Under the pieces are notes generated by a model. That model was not told the origin of the DNA and did no database searches. It saw only the letters and a program-made list of their open reading frames with translations. A stretch of DNA of 64,000 nt from a virus: positions 3,954 to 67,953 of IMG/VR virus record IMGVR_UViG_3300025949_000027, one strand, 5' to 3'. Below are positions 29,524-39,369 of the stretch, piece after piece (position 1 is the stretch's first letter; every line of letters begins with the position of its first letter). Both the position numbers and the translations under genes were made by a program.

Positions 29524-29840
29524 CAGAGCAAGACGACGCGACGGAGAACGCCGTCGAGATGGAATTCACGGAGGAGAAGACCCCCGCCGTTGGCCGTCGC
29601 TGCGCCGACTGCGGAGACCTGTTCCGTGTCTACGCCGACGATAAGGCGCCCCCTGGTTCCTATGCCGAGGCATGGCAGGTGCCCGTGATCTGCAAGGGGA
29701 CCGCGGACCCATCGCTATGGCGCTGGTGCCAGGTGACCGGCGACCTGACCATGCCGGGGCGGATGCTAGTCCGGTACTTCCCCGACCGACGGAAGGGCGA
29801 CCGACGGACGCCGCCGCCTATCCCGGAGGCCGCCAAGTGA
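29520..29840 (+). CDS. Hypothetical protein with CxxC
   Basis: GTGA overlaps at both ends. Confidence 0.55.
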   Translation: MTEQDDATENAVEMEFTEEKTPAVGRRCADCGDLFRVYADDKAPPGSYAEAWQVPVICKGTADPSLWRWCQVTGDLTMPGRMLVRYFPDRRKGDRRTPPPIPEAAK

Positions 29841-30160
29841 GCGACGCTGAGACGATCCAACAGATCGCCGACGACGCACTGACCGTAGCGGAGCACCTGG
29901 GGTTCGCTTGCCCGCCGCTGATCTTGAGTGCCGCAGTCGCGAAGGTTGCGGTTGACATCGGGTTCGCGATCTTCCTTCGGTTGGCCGCCAAGTCCATCGT
30001 CGCGCAACGGGCGGCGCAGGTGGCAGGAGTGGCCGCGGCCGAGTCTCAAGCCGTCACGTCGGCCATGGCCCGGCTGCGCGCTCCGCTCCCGCGCATCTGC
30101 ACGCCGTGCGCGATGGCGTTGGCTGACCATCTCGCCGCTACCGGGGAGGCCAAGCCATGA
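29837..30160 (+). CDS. Hypothetical protein
   Basis: GTGA overlap start, [15 protein letters not shown]. Confidence 0.55.
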   Translation: MSDAETIQQIADDALTVAEHLGFACPPLILSAAVAKVAVDIGFAIFLRLAAKSIVAQRAAQVAGVAAAESQAVTSAMARLRAPLPRICTPCAMALADHLAATGEAKP

Positions 30161-30236
30161 GGCCGGTCGACATCATCTTCCTCGTCACGCTCGTCTACCT
30201 GATCGTGCGGGACAGCCACCCGCCCGGCGGTGTCGG

Positions 30237-30932
30237 ATGAGCCGCGGACTCATCGCCTTCAACGCCGCTCGACACGCCAACCGCTCGGACCCCACCATGA
30301 CCACCGAAGAAGCCACCAAGTATGCCCACCTGAACGACGGACGCCGCCGCAAGGTTCCCAACTGCGGGACGTGCGGGGAGAAGGGCCACCGCTCGACGAG
30401 CCGCAAGCATCACCCGGCGGTCCATGTGGTTCCCGACGTCGTCCCGTGCCTGGAGACGGTGCGCAACCAGAAGGCCGACGATGGCGCCGCGTTCCACCGA
30501 CAGAGCCGGACGATCTGGGGCGACCGTCCGCTGTCGAAGAAGGAAAAGCGCGCGGCGGCGCTGGTGGTTGTCGACGATGACGAGAGGCCGAAGACGCGCG
30601 GTGACTGCAAGGATGGGCCGCGGCCATGTGCCTACGTGTCTTGTTCGCATCACCTGTACTTGGACGTGACGGACGACGGCTCGCTGAAGCTGAACCACCC
30701 GCATCTCGAACCGTGGGAGTTGCGCGAGACGTGCGCCCTTGACGTGGCGGACCGGGGCCCGATCACCCTCGAAGAGACCGGCGCCAACTTGGGCCTAACG
30801 CGTGAGCGCGTCCGCCAGATCGAGGAGCGCAGCCTTCGCAAGTTGCGCCACCATACGCCGCGCGAAGCGGCGGAAGACATGCACGACCCCGGATCTTCCG
30901 GGCCGCCGAGTCAAGCAGGAACGATCTGGTGA
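30237..30932 (+). CDS. Cys-rich sigma-70 region-4 HTH DNA-binding protein
   Basis: [51 protein letters not shown]; N-terminal CGTCGEKGH knuckle; start uncertain. Confidence 0.8.
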   Translation: MSRGLIAFNAARHANRSDPTMTTEEATKYAHLNDGRRRKVPNCGTCGEKGHRSTSRKHHPAVHVVPDVVPCLETVRNQKADDGAAFHRQSRTIWGDRPLSKKEKRAAALVVVDDDERPKTRGDCKDGPRPCAYVSCSHHLYLDVTDDGSLKLNHPHLEPWELRETCALDVADRGPITLEETGANLGLTRERVRQIEERSLRKLRHHTPREAAEDMHDPGSSGPPSQAGTIW

Positions 30933-30942
30933 AGGAGACAAC

Positions 30943-31422
30943 GTGAACGAACTAGCAGCGAAAGCAATCGAACTGGCTCTGACTCAGGTCGGAGTGCGCG
31001 AGCATGGGCGGAACCGGGGACCGGAGATCGACGGGTACTGCCGCGACATCGGCCACGACGCGACCAAGGCGGATCCGTGGTGCGCGATCTTCGTGTCCGC
31101 CATGGTCAAGCGGTCCGCCGACGCGCTCGGCGTTCCCGTGCCGATCCACCTGACGGCCGGCGTCTGGACGCTCGACGAGAAGGCCCCCCCGTACATGCGG
31201 ACGCTTCACCCGGTAGCCGGGTCGATCTTCATCGTCGGTGGCCACCGTCACACGGGGTTTGTCACAGCAGTCGACGCGGACGGTACGATCCACACGTGCG
31301 AGGGCAACACGAACCCTGGCGGGTCAGCAGAGGGCGACGGCGTCTACGCGCGCACCCGGCGGCGCTCCGAACTCATGGGGTTCATCGACCTGTCAGCGGA
31401 GGCGGCGCCACTCGCGGCGTGA
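30943..31422 (+). CDS. CHAP-domain endolysin
   Basis: QVGVRE..NRGPEID..PWCAIFV..HTGFV..EGNT..GDGVY; AAGGAG SD before GTG. Confidence 0.85.
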   Translation: MNELAAKAIELALTQVGVREHGRNRGPEIDGYCRDIGHDATKADPWCAIFVSAMVKRSADALGVPVPIHLTAGVWTLDEKAPPYMRTLHPVAGSIFIVGGHRHTGFVTAVDADGTIHTCEGNTNPGGSAEGDGVYARTRRRSELMGFIDLSAEAAPLAA

Positions 31423-31426
31423 CCCA

Positions 31427-32152
31427 ATGCCACCCCGAACGCGAAGACCGTCACGGGCCGCGGTCGACGCGCTCGTAATTAAGGGACTGCCGATCGTCAA
31501 GCAGGTGGCCAGCCAACAGGCCCGACGCTTGCCCAAGTTCATCGACGTGGACGACCTACGATCTGCCGGCGCCATCGGCCTGATCGAAGCCGCCCGGGCC
31601 TTCGACCACAGGCGCAACGACAGTTTCCGCAAGTTCGCCCGCCACCGCATCCGGGGCGCGATGCTCGACGACATTCGGAACAAGGACAGCCTCTCGCGCG
31701 ACATGCGGCGGATCTCGAACCAACTCCGCGACGCAACCCGGGCGTTCATTCACACGCACGGACGCGAGCCAGGAGCGCCGGATCTCGCTGCCGCCACGGG
31801 GATGACCCTGGACGAGTTCCACGCGACCGAGAAGAAGCTATCGGGCTGGTCGGTAGTCGGCCTGGACGACGCTGACGACGACTTCTTCCGTCGGACCCCG
31901 GACGAGAACTCACCCAACCCATTCGACGAGGCCGCCCGGCTTGAACTGTGCGCCGCCCTCGACGCCGCCGCTTCGACCCTCCCCGACCGCACCCGCGCCG
32001 TCCTGGCCATGTACTACCGGGAAGGGTGGACGATGCTCCGAATCGGGGAGTCCATCGGGGTCACCGAGTCGCGGGTTTGCCAGATGCTGCATGAGGCCCA
32101 CGCGTTGATGCGGGTGGAGTTGGAGCGGGCGGGAATCGACGCGGCGGCGTGA
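31427..32152 (+). CDS. FliA/WhiG-family RNA polymerase sigma factor
   Basis: LPIVKQVA..DDLRSAGAIGLIEAA.AFD..FARHRIRGAMLDDIR.KD; region 4 YYREGWTM..IGESIGVTESRVCQM. Confidence 0.9.
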   Translation: MPPRTRRPSRAAVDALVIKGLPIVKQVASQQARRLPKFIDVDDLRSAGAIGLIEAARAFDHRRNDSFRKFARHRIRGAMLDDIRNKDSLSRDMRRISNQLRDATRAFIHTHGREPGAPDLAAATGMTLDEFHATEKKLSGWSVVGLDDADDDFFRRTPDENSPNPFDEAARLELCAALDAAASTLPDRTRAVLAMYYREGWTMLRIGESIGVTESRVCQMLHEAHALMRVELERAGIDAAA

Positions 32153-32165
32153 TAAAATGTGACCC

Positions 32166-32462
32166 ATGTCGACCGGCACAGACTTCTACCGCCAGCGACT
32201 CGCCACGGCGAAATGGTCATGGCGCGAAGACCACGCATGGCATCAAGGTAAGTTCGCCAAGGACCGGTCGTCTGGCCGAGCCGAGAAGCGGGGCGCGCGA
32301 CAGGTGCAACGCCATGAGATCTCCAACGACAACGCCGACGTGAGCGACGTGCTGTCCGGAGATCCATGCCGTAACGGAACCTGTGCATTCTGCCACGACG
32401 GCGGAGACGAGACGGACTTCGAGCGAACGCGGATGGCGGCTGCGCAGCGGGGCGCGATCTAG
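32166..32462 (+). CDS. Hypothetical protein
   Basis: 98-aa ORF in operon. Confidence 0.5.
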   Translation: MSTGTDFYRQRLATAKWSWREDHAWHQGKFAKDRSSGRAEKRGARQVQRHEISNDNADVSDVLSGDPCRNGTCAFCHDGGDETDFERTRMAAAQRGAI

Positions 32463-32679
32463 TGGCTATGGTCAGCAAGACCAGCAGCGGCATGAGCCAC
32501 GCGCGGCACCGGTCGCAGGTGTTCCATGGCTACGGCATGCTTCGCCGCCCGGATCCGCGCTGGCAGGTTGAGCGTCGATATGTACGGATCGGTCCGCTGC
32601 AGATCGAGCCGATGTTCGAATCCATCGCAGAGTGCATGGCATGGCAAAAGCGCACGCGATTCGGACGCAATCGGAGCGC

Positions 32680-33060
32680 ATGAACGTGGCGGACGCGGAA
32701 GATGGCGAGCCGGGGCGCCGGTACAAGTGGCAAGAGCGCCGTAACCGTAAGTATAGGCACAGCAAAGATCGTCCTACGAAGGAATTCAGGGCAATTGTCG
32801 TTGCGAGAGATGGCCATGCCTGCCGGATTTGTCGGAGAAGCTTGTCCACCGATGAGATCACGCTGGATCATGTCGTCGAGAAGAAGAACGGCGGACAACC
32901 AACGGTGGATAACCTCCGGGTGACATGCAAGCCATGTAACAACCGACGGAGCAACCCGAGGGGGCTTCCGTTCAAGGTAAAAGGAATGCTCAAGCGACTT
33001 GAGACTTGGGCGCGGCTAGAAGCGCAGGTCAGGCCGGGCGGTCTATCTCCCATTCGATAG
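32680..33060 (+). CDS. HNH endonuclease
   Basis: RDGHACRIC..TLDHVVEKKNGG..NLRVTCKPCNNRRS. Confidence 0.9.
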   Translation: MNVADAEDGEPGRRYKWQERRNRKYRHSKDRPTKEFRAIVVARDGHACRICRRSLSTDEITLDHVVEKKNGGQPTVDNLRVTCKPCNNRRSNPRGLPFKVKGMLKRLETWARLEAQVRPGGLSPIR

Positions 33061-33105
33061 CGCCGCGCATCAGAAACCAAAAGCGGGAGGCATTCACATT
33101 TCCGG

Positions 33106-33143
33106 TTGACCACGCCGTAAATGAGTAGTAATAAATTACTCAT
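33106..33143 (+). promoter_or_regulatory. TA promoter with operator palindrome
   Basis: TTGACC-17-TAATAA; ATGAGTA-9 nt-TACTCAT inverted repeat (33121-33143) covering the -10 and the start codon. Confidence 0.7.
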
Positions 33144-33396
33144 GGCGACGGTGGAACTCACGGACTCGGCGAAGGCGGACTTCGACTCCCTGCCGGTCGG
33201 CATTCAGGCCCGCGTCGCCAAGGTGTTCATCCGCCTTCGCGCGTGGCCGGTGGTCTCCGGCGCCAAGCCGCTGCGCCACAACCTGTCCGGCTCCTACCGC
33301 ATTCGCACGGGCGACTACCGGGTGGTCTTCCACGTCACCGGGACCGTCGTCACCATCGACCGCATCGACAACAGGAAGGACGTGTACAGTGTCTGA
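33142..33396 (+). CDS. RelE/ParE-family toxin
   Basis: VELTDSAKADFDSLP..KPL..YRIRTGDYRVVF..IDNRKDVY. Confidence 0.9.
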   Translation: MATVELTDSAKADFDSLPVGIQARVAKVFIRLRAWPVVSGAKPLRHNLSGSYRIRTGDYRVVFHVTGTVVTIDRIDNRKDVYSV

Positions 33397-33718
33397 CATG
33401 GCCGCTACTCCGCTCCGACTGCACAACCGGGACTACGTGATCTTGCCCCGGGCCGAGTACGAGAAACTGGCCGGGGTTCAGCCCGGCACGACCGACGCCG
33501 TCGCCTACGCTACGGCAAGCATCGCCCGCGGCATGCGGGCCGCCCGGGAACACGCCGGGCTGTCTCAGGCCGAACTGGCGAAGAAGATCGGGAAGAGTCA
33601 GTCCGCCGTCGCCAAGGCCGAGGCCGGGGACTTCTCCCCGAGCGAGAAGTACGTCAACGCCGTCCTGAAGGCTTGCGGGCTCCCGAAGGACTGGAAGCCG
33701 GGGAAGGAGGGGAAGTGA
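33389..33718 (+). CDS. XRE-family HTH antitoxin (HigA-like)
   Basis: YVILPRAEYEKL; RAAREHAGLSQAELAKKIGKSQSAVAKAEAG; follows the toxin. Confidence 0.85.
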   Translation: MSDMAATPLRLHNRDYVILPRAEYEKLAGVQPGTTDAVAYATASIARGMRAAREHAGLSQAELAKKIGKSQSAVAKAEAGDFSPSEKYVNAVLKACGLPKDWKPGKEGK

Positions 33719-33954
33719 TGCCTATCGATACGGACGCACTATGGGACGCGTTCCGCGACGCTCACCGGCATGACGAGACGTGCGACATCATGGATGACAT
33801 CCCTGTCCTGCTGAAACAGGTAGCCACCGACGCCATGGCAACTGCGTATGAGCAGGCCGCGCAGATGCTATCCGGGGCGTGCGACTGTCCGACCTGCACG
33901 TGCCTCAACGAGATGGCCGAGCGCATCCGCGCTCTGAAGGAGAAGACGCCATGA
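33718..33954 (+). CDS. Hypothetical protein
   Basis: TGATG coupling; ends AERIRALKEKTP, like 49563-49823. Confidence 0.55.
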   Translation: MPIDTDALWDAFRDAHRHDETCDIMDDIPVLLKQVATDAMATAYEQAAQMLSGACDCPTCTCLNEMAERIRALKEKTP

Positions 33955-34412
33955 CCCTGCTTGAACGTGCGCTCGAACTTCTCAAGGAGGACCAGCCAGA
34001 AGAAGACTGCACATTCTGGCGCGCTGGGGGATGCGGCGACGGGACGTGCTGGCGGTGTCGACGCCGCGCCGTGCTTGAAGACGCCACCCGGACCACCCAG
34101 GCCGAGCCGAGCGGGGATGCGAGGGAGGCTGCGAAGCGGTTTCTTGAAGATGAGGCCGGTTCTGGCAAGGCGTCACTGGCAATCAAGCCGCTGTGGCTGC
34201 GCCTTGCCACCGCCTTCGAGGCATACGCCGCCACCCGGGCGCCGGACTCGAATGATGTGATCGAGCGAGCGGCACGATCGATGCGGGAGCGGGCTGCCGC
34301 CGAAGTCGACATCTGGTGCCGAGAGAATTTTGCGACCGCTCCGGGACTGGCGGACGCCATCCGTGCCCTCCCTGCGTCGGAACCTCCGCCCGCCGAATCG
34401 GATAAGCCGTGA
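33951..34412 (+). CDS. Mosaic hypothetical protein
   Basis: ATGA overlap; shares exact DNA blocks with 59127-59915. Confidence 0.6.
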   Translation: MTLLERALELLKEDQPEEDCTFWRAGGCGDGTCWRCRRRAVLEDATRTTQAEPSGDAREAAKRFLEDEAGSGKASLAIKPLWLRLATAFEAYAATRAPDSNDVIERAARSMRERAAAEVDIWCRENFATAPGLADAIRALPASEPPPAESDKP

Positions 34413-34471
34413 CCACGATCGCCACCAGGCGCACGCAACCCGACCTCCCTGTCTGACAGAAGGAGACACTG

Positions 34472-35038
34472 ATGAAGTACGACCGCGAACACGGAAAGTA
34501 CACCCTGGGCACCGGCCGCGAGTTCCGCGCGAAGGGGAATGGGGTGATCGGAATCGGACCGCGCACCTCAGGTGAATGGCTCATCACATCGGGGTATGAC
34601 GAGGGGATGGACGGCGTCGTCCCGTTCCAGGGCTACCCCGGTGAACCTGCCTTCACGGACGACGAGCGCCGCGAGATTGCCGAGGAGATGATCCGCAGGT
34701 GGGCAGAGTGGGGCGACATCGGCTTCGGCGCGGGAATGCCCTTCGGTCCCGGTGGAGCGAGCAAGGATTCTCCCGCTATCGGCCCGGCCGTCGGCGGTAA
34801 CGGCGTCATCGTTGTCCCTGCAGCGGTCGTCGAGTCCATGGGCGCCGGAGGTGCTGGTGGCGGTGGACGCGTTCAATTCCCAGCAACGGACGGCGACGCC
34901 CCTGCGTTCCAGGCGCCGGTGCCAATGGAGGACATCCCCGGTGGATCAGCGACCTGGTCTGCCATCGGCGGTAACGGCAGGGCAGAAGGAGTCTTCGATA
35001 GCGGATGGGGAGGCGGCGGAGACGGAACTAAGCGTTAA
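34472..35038 (+). CDS. Hypothetical protein
   Basis: AAGGAG SD; globular N-terminal half, Gly-rich tail. Confidence 0.65.
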   Translation: MKYDREHGKYTLGTGREFRAKGNGVIGIGPRTSGEWLITSGYDEGMDGVVPFQGYPGEPAFTDDERREIAEEMIRRWAEWGDIGFGAGMPFGPGGASKDSPAIGPAVGGNGVIVVPAAVVESMGAGGAGGGGRVQFPATDGDAPAFQAPVPMEDIPGGSATWSAIGGNGRAEGVFDSGWGGGGDGTKR

Positions 35039-35176
35039 CCGATCGGACGGGTACGCACCAACAACGCCCCGCGTCTGACAGAATTTCCGTCGTCCACCGT
35101 CGATCCTTGACCGTCGCGTCACAATCGACCGACGCTCGGGAAGAATCCTGTCAGACGGTCGTTCCCGTCCGCGTAC

Positions 35177-36274
35177 ATGGCGGACGTGACGATCCGAGGG
35201 GCGGCCGAGGTGCCCGGTTCCGGCCACTACGTCAAGACGCTGGACGGGCTCCGGGCGGTCTCGATCGTGGGGGTCATGATCTCGCACGCCGTGGACCCAT
35301 TCCGGCACCCGCTGCTGGCGAGCCTCGGCCACACGGGGGTGCTGATCTTCTTCGCCATCAGCGGCTACCTGATCACGACTCGGCTGATGGAGGAGCACCG
35401 GAAGACGGGCGGGATCTCACTGCGGGACTTCTACGTGCGACGGGCCTTTCGCATCCTGCCGCCCGCGCTGCTCTACCTGGCCACCGTCTACGTGATGGCC
35501 CGGGCCGGGTTGCTGGCCTGCAGCCTGCCGGACATCAAGAGCGCGGCGTTGCTCTACATCAACTACCTTCGCGTGGGCGATGAGGGATGGCGGGTGGGCC
35601 ACTTCTGGTCGCTGTCGGTCGAGGAACACTTCTACCTTGTCTGGCCGGCGTTGCTGGCCTGGGTCGGGGTCAAGAGAGGGGCAAGGGCTGCCTTGGTCGC
35701 GGCGCTGTTCATCGGAGCCTGGCGCATCGTGGACAACAGGTTCCATCTCGTCGCGGCGCTTCTGCCGGGGCAGGGAACAGACCCGATCCCGTACCGGACG
35801 GACCTCATCGCCGATGCCCTGTTCTGGGGGTGCTGCCTGGCGTTCGTCGTCGGGGCGCGGAAGTGGGAGATCGGCCCCGTGGCCTCGAACGTCATCGCTG
35901 TAGGGGCGCTCGGGATGCTGGTGGCGCTCGTGTTCAGGCACGTCAACCACGTTGCCTTCCTAGTCCACTTCCTGCCCGTCGTCATGCTGGGGGCGATCGT
36001 GGTGGCCCCTGGATCTCCCATCGGAAAGCTTCTAGAACTCGCTCCCTTGCGCATGATCGGCCGCCTCTCCTACAGCCTCTACATCTGGCAGCAGCTGTTC
36101 CTGGGCGGACCGAATCCGAAGCTGCTGCCCTTGCCGTGGTCATTCGGGGCCGTGTTCTGCTTCGCGGTGGTCAGCTATTCGCTGGTCGAGCGGCCCAGTA
36201 TCAAGCTCGGGAGGCGGTTCGCGGGCGCGCCCCACGTCGCCGCCTCGCCGGCCCTGCCGACCGTCGGGGCATGA
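35177..36274 (+). CDS. Acyltransferase-3 (OafA-like) membrane O-acyltransferase
   Basis: LDGLRAVS, GVLIFFAISGYLIT, FYVRRAFRILP, HFWSLSVEEHFY, IGRLSYSLYIWQ, SYSLVERP. Confidence 0.95.
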   Translation: MADVTIRGAAEVPGSGHYVKTLDGLRAVSIVGVMISHAVDPFRHPLLASLGHTGVLIFFAISGYLITTRLMEEHRKTGGISLRDFYVRRAFRILPPALLYLATVYVMARAGLLACSLPDIKSAALLYINYLRVGDEGWRVGHFWSLSVEEHFYLVWPALLAWVGVKRGARAALVAALFIGAWRIVDNRFHLVAALLPGQGTDPIPYRTDLIADALFWGCCLAFVVGARKWEIGPVASNVIAVGALGMLVALVFRHVNHVAFLVHFLPVVMLGAIVVAPGSPIGKLLELAPLRMIGRLSYSLYIWQQLFLGGPNPKLLPLPWSFGAVFCFAVVSYSLVERPSIKLGRRFAGAPHVAASPALPTVGA

Positions 36275-36494
36275 CCATGCCGGCCGACCCCCACCCGCAC
36301 TGCGACCAGTACTGGAACTGCGGATCGATGGACTGCCCGCAACCCCGCCTGCCTGCCCCTCCTCCGCGCGGATGGCGGGGACTGATCCGGCGGTCCGCTG
36401 ACATCGCACGGGGCCTGCTGTCCGCTGGCCACGGCCCGGTCGTCAGGGTGGGGCACCCGAACTGCCCAACGGGTAAGTTTCTCAGGCCGTCGCG

Positions 36495-36761
36495 TTAGTC
36501 GACTGGCTCCTCTGCCTCCCGGCGCAGCTGCTCCAGTCGAGCTCGCGCCGATGGCGCGCCACGCTCCGCGCCCATCTCCAGGCAGCGCGGGCACGTCACG
36601 TACCGCCATTCCCGGGTGACCGGAGTCGAGGCGTCCGAGCTGGCGCACAGCACCCGCGGCGGGTCACCGACGTCCCCGTAGTGGATGGGCAGGTAGGACG
36701 GGCGGCCGGCTTGGGCGGGGTTCACGCCCGCCAGGCTAGCGCGTCGCGTCCGAATCGACAC
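36495..36761 (-). CDS. Small hypothetical protein with H..C..VTCPRC
   Basis: Zinc-ligand pattern shared with 57057-57286. Confidence 0.45.
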   Translation of the reverse strand: MSIRTRRASLAGVNPAQAGRPSYLPIHYGDVGDPPRVLCASSDASTPVTREWRYVTCPRCLEMGAERGAPSARARLEQLRREAEEPVD

Positions 36762-36779
36762 CGGCCACGATTGAATTAG

Positions 36780-36808
36780 TAGACGAAATCAAACGAGGCG
36801 AGTAGATT
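36780..36808 (+). promoter_or_regulatory. Putative sigma70-type early promoter
   Basis: TAGACG-17-TAGATT(GG) in an AT-rich gap; same -10 as 46190. Confidence 0.55.
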
Positions 36809-36852
36809 GGTTTCTGTCAGCACGGAGCTGGCGGACCAAAAAAGGAGACACC

Positions 36853-37032
36853 ATGGAACTCAACGCGTCATACACGGACACCAACGGCAACCAGATCGAC
36901 CTGACGGGCGCGACCGTCGAGGAGATCGCTCAGCAGCTCGGCGAGGACGAGCGGGTCAATCTGACCGTGCGCGACGAACAGGGATCGGTGCGCGGCTGGG
37001 TACACGGGCGCAACGACTGGCGGGCGCAGTAG
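36853..37032 (+). CDS. 59-aa hypothetical protein (not in ORF track)
   Basis: AAAGGAGA SD; MELNASYTDTNGNQIDL...NDWRAQ*. Confidence 0.65.
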   Translation: MELNASYTDTNGNQIDLTGATVEEIAQQLGEDERVNLTVRDEQGSVRGWVHGRNDWRAQ

Positions 37033-37059
37033 GTCGGACAGCGAGAGAGGGAGACGACG

Positions 37060-37410
37060 ATGCTGACCAGCGAGATGGTTCGGGTGGTGATGGCTGGTGG
37101 TCAGATTTCGGACACGGACATCCGTCGCGGGGCCTACGGGATCGAGAACTACTCCCCACGTTTCGGCGAGGGCGGGTATACGCAGGGAAATGCCCGCGAG
37201 TATCAGGCGGCGCACACCGTTCTGCGTGCCCGCCTGCGCCAGTTGGAGTCCGGGGCGGCACTGTCCGATGCCGACGTCGCCCGCGTGATCCGGTCGGACA
37301 ACGCCAGCATGCTGGAGGACGACGCCCAGGATGCCGAGGATCGCGAGGACCTGGCCGGTGCCGCCCGGTTGCGCGCTCGAGCGGCGGCGATTCGCAGCGA
37401 GTCGGTCTGA
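37060..37410 (+). CDS. Hypothetical protein
   Basis: GGGAG SD; 116 aa. Confidence 0.6.
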   Translation: MLTSEMVRVVMAGGQISDTDIRRGAYGIENYSPRFGEGGYTQGNAREYQAAHTVLRARLRQLESGAALSDADVARVIRSDNASMLEDDAQDAEDREDLAGAARLRARAAAIRSESV

Positions 37411-37413
37411 CCC

Positions 37414-37821
37414 ATGGCCTATCTGAAAACGACAATCGGCAACATCGAGTACGGCGCCGAACAGCACCGAGGATCGGCGAGCGGCCTGTTCCATCGTGGA
37501 CGGGACGGTTCCTGGGTCCAGGATCGCGGGACCGGGCAGACGCCAACCTGGACGACCGAGGAGTCATTCCGGCGCTGGCTCCTGCGGCAGCTCCGCGAAA
37601 TGGACGTCGCCATGGGCGAGCGGCCCCGCGGCGGCGCCCGGTCCGGCGCCGGGCGACCTGTCACGGTGGGCAGCGGCTCAGGGAAGCCGATCTCGTTCAA
37701 ACTCCCGCCCGACGTACGTCAGCGGGCGGAAGCTCGCGCGGCGGCAGCCGGGATACCGGTCGGCGCGCTAGCGCGAGACGCGCTGCTGGCGCTGCTCGAC
37801 GGTCGCATCACGCCCGCCTGA
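37414..37821 (+). CDS. Ribbon-helix-helix-type DNA-binding protein
   Basis: RGGARSGAGRP..KPISFKLPPDVRQRAEARA..VGALARDAL. Confidence 0.7.
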   Translation: MAYLKTTIGNIEYGAEQHRGSASGLFHRGRDGSWVQDRGTGQTPTWTTEESFRRWLLRQLREMDVAMGERPRGGARSGAGRPVTVGSGSGKPISFKLPPDVRQRAEARAAAAGIPVGALARDALLALLDGRITPA

Positions 37822-38034
37822 GCCGCCGGCAGTCGCAGGGCCCGGGCGGCTCTTCGTGGACGCTGCAGCTCGGGGCGTGAGGCCCGTCCAGGTCGCACCG
37901 ACGGCACCGGCATGACGACTCGGCTTCCAGGGCACCCAGCGTGGGCTCTGCGGGGTGTTCGTGGCCCGAGTATGGGCGTGGTGCTTCATCGGGCATCGGT
38001 GCAGCCTGGAACAGGGGAAGGCGGCCGGCAAGCC

Positions 38035-38220
38035 TCAGGCGGGCCGGATGCTGGTGGCTGCGTGCTCGTAGAAGTTCAACTTGCCCCACTTCCGTTTCGT
38101 GTGACCCTTGAACCACGCCAGAAACTCCCGATAGCACCGGCCGCACCGGGCCACGTCGAACCGGCGATCGTAGTCGCCAGTCGCCGGGTGGAATGGGCCG
38201 CGGCAGCACGAGCACCTCAT
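38035..38220 (-). CDS. Small Cys-rich protein
   Basis: ATGA overlap; MRCSCC..ARCGRCY. Confidence 0.55.
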   Translation of the reverse strand: MRCSCCRGPFHPATGDYDRRFDVARCGRCYREFLAWFKGHTKRKWGKLNFYEHAATSIRPA

Positions 38221-39326
38221 GGGCCCAGATAAGGATAGCCGATGAACATCTCGACGGCGCCAGAGCACACGCCTTCGAGGTGGTTCCGGTCGGGCTCCCT
38301 GGGCAGGGTGCTCGCGTCGTAGTAGGTCCGCAACTCGGTCTCGGTGGCGGTGGCCCACTCCATCAGCCGATCGAACGTCCACGCGCCGTTCCGAATGGCC
38401 AGCAGTTCGTCGGCGTCGGGACGCTTCACGATTACCTTGCCGTCGCGCAGGATCTCGATCGCCATGCGCATGAGCCTGACCAGGTGCATGCCGTGCTTGG
38501 TGTCGTAGCCGTTCGCGCGCTCCAGTTCAGCGCGTGCAGGGTTTCGCCCGGCCCTCCACTGCTCGTATTGCTTCCAGTTTCGCATCGCCGCCCCGTAACG
38601 GCGCTCCGCGATGATGATCGGGATCAGGTTGGGCGCCAGATTCAGGTCCCGGACCGCCTGCTCGACCATTTCAGGATCGGCTTCCTCGACGCGGTCTTTC
38701 GTGAAGCCTTCGCCGCCTAGCGTGTCTTCGGTCTTCCGGATCCGAGCCTCGATGACGCCGAACTGCTCCTTCTCAAGCGTCGACGACTCGGGCAAACCGA
38801 AGTCCGCCCGCTCGGGCTTGGCCGCCGGCGGGCTCAGCAGCCATCTGCGGTGCGTCTTGATCCGCTTGAGCTGCGACATTGCGTAGCCACTGAAGGTGTG
38901 CATTGCCTTCTTCGACAGGAACGCTTCGCGGAAACGGTGGATCACGTTCGTCCACACGTTCACCGAGACGAACCAATCCGACTCGTCGGTGAACAGAAGC
39001 TCGATGATGTTCGGGTTGCAGTCGGCCGCCAGGGCGAAGAACTTCCGGATATCGTAGATCACCACGTCCGGGTTCTTTGTCTCGGCCTGTTCGAAGCGAC
39101 TCGCGAACCCGTGGAAGTATTGCCGCGGCGGGATGGCGATCCCACGGAAGTCCTGGTCGGACGTGGCGATGTTGGTCCCGTAGGCGTGCGACCCGGAGCG
39201 CGTCAGGAAAATCGTCGACCGCTTCAGCCAGTCGAGGTTCCCGGTGTACCACTCGAAGCTGAGCATGTTCAGCCCGCGCGGGCCGGTTTGCCAGGGAGGG
39301 GGCGGCGCTGGCGCCTGGTCGCTCAT
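38217..39326 (-). CDS. Pol-beta-superfamily nucleotidyltransferase (RlaP/YcgL-like)
   Basis: SGSHAYGTNIATSDQDFRG, CNPNIIELLF, YDTKHGMHLVRLMRM, LLAIRNG. Confidence 0.9.
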   Translation of the reverse strand: MSDQAPAPPPPWQTGPRGLNMLSFEWYTGNLDWLKRSTIFLTRSGSHAYGTNIATSDQDFRGIAIPPRQYFHGFASRFEQAETKNPDVVIYDIRKFFALAADCNPNIIELLFTDESDWFVSVNVWTNVIHRFREAFLSKKAMHTFSGYAMSQLKRIKTHRRWLLSPPAAKPERADFGLPESSTLEKEQFGVIEARIRKTEDTLGGEGFTKDRVEEADPEMVEQAVRDLNLAPNLIPIIIAERRYGAAMRNWKQYEQWRAGRNPARAELERANGYDTKHGMHLVRLMRMAIEILRDGKVIVKRPDADELLAIRNGAWTFDRLMEWATATETELRTYYDASTLPREPDRNHLEGVCSGAVEMFIGYPYLGP

Positions 39327-39369
39327 GGTCGTCTCCCGTTCGCCAGTCTACGCGCGCGCCGCTCGGCGG

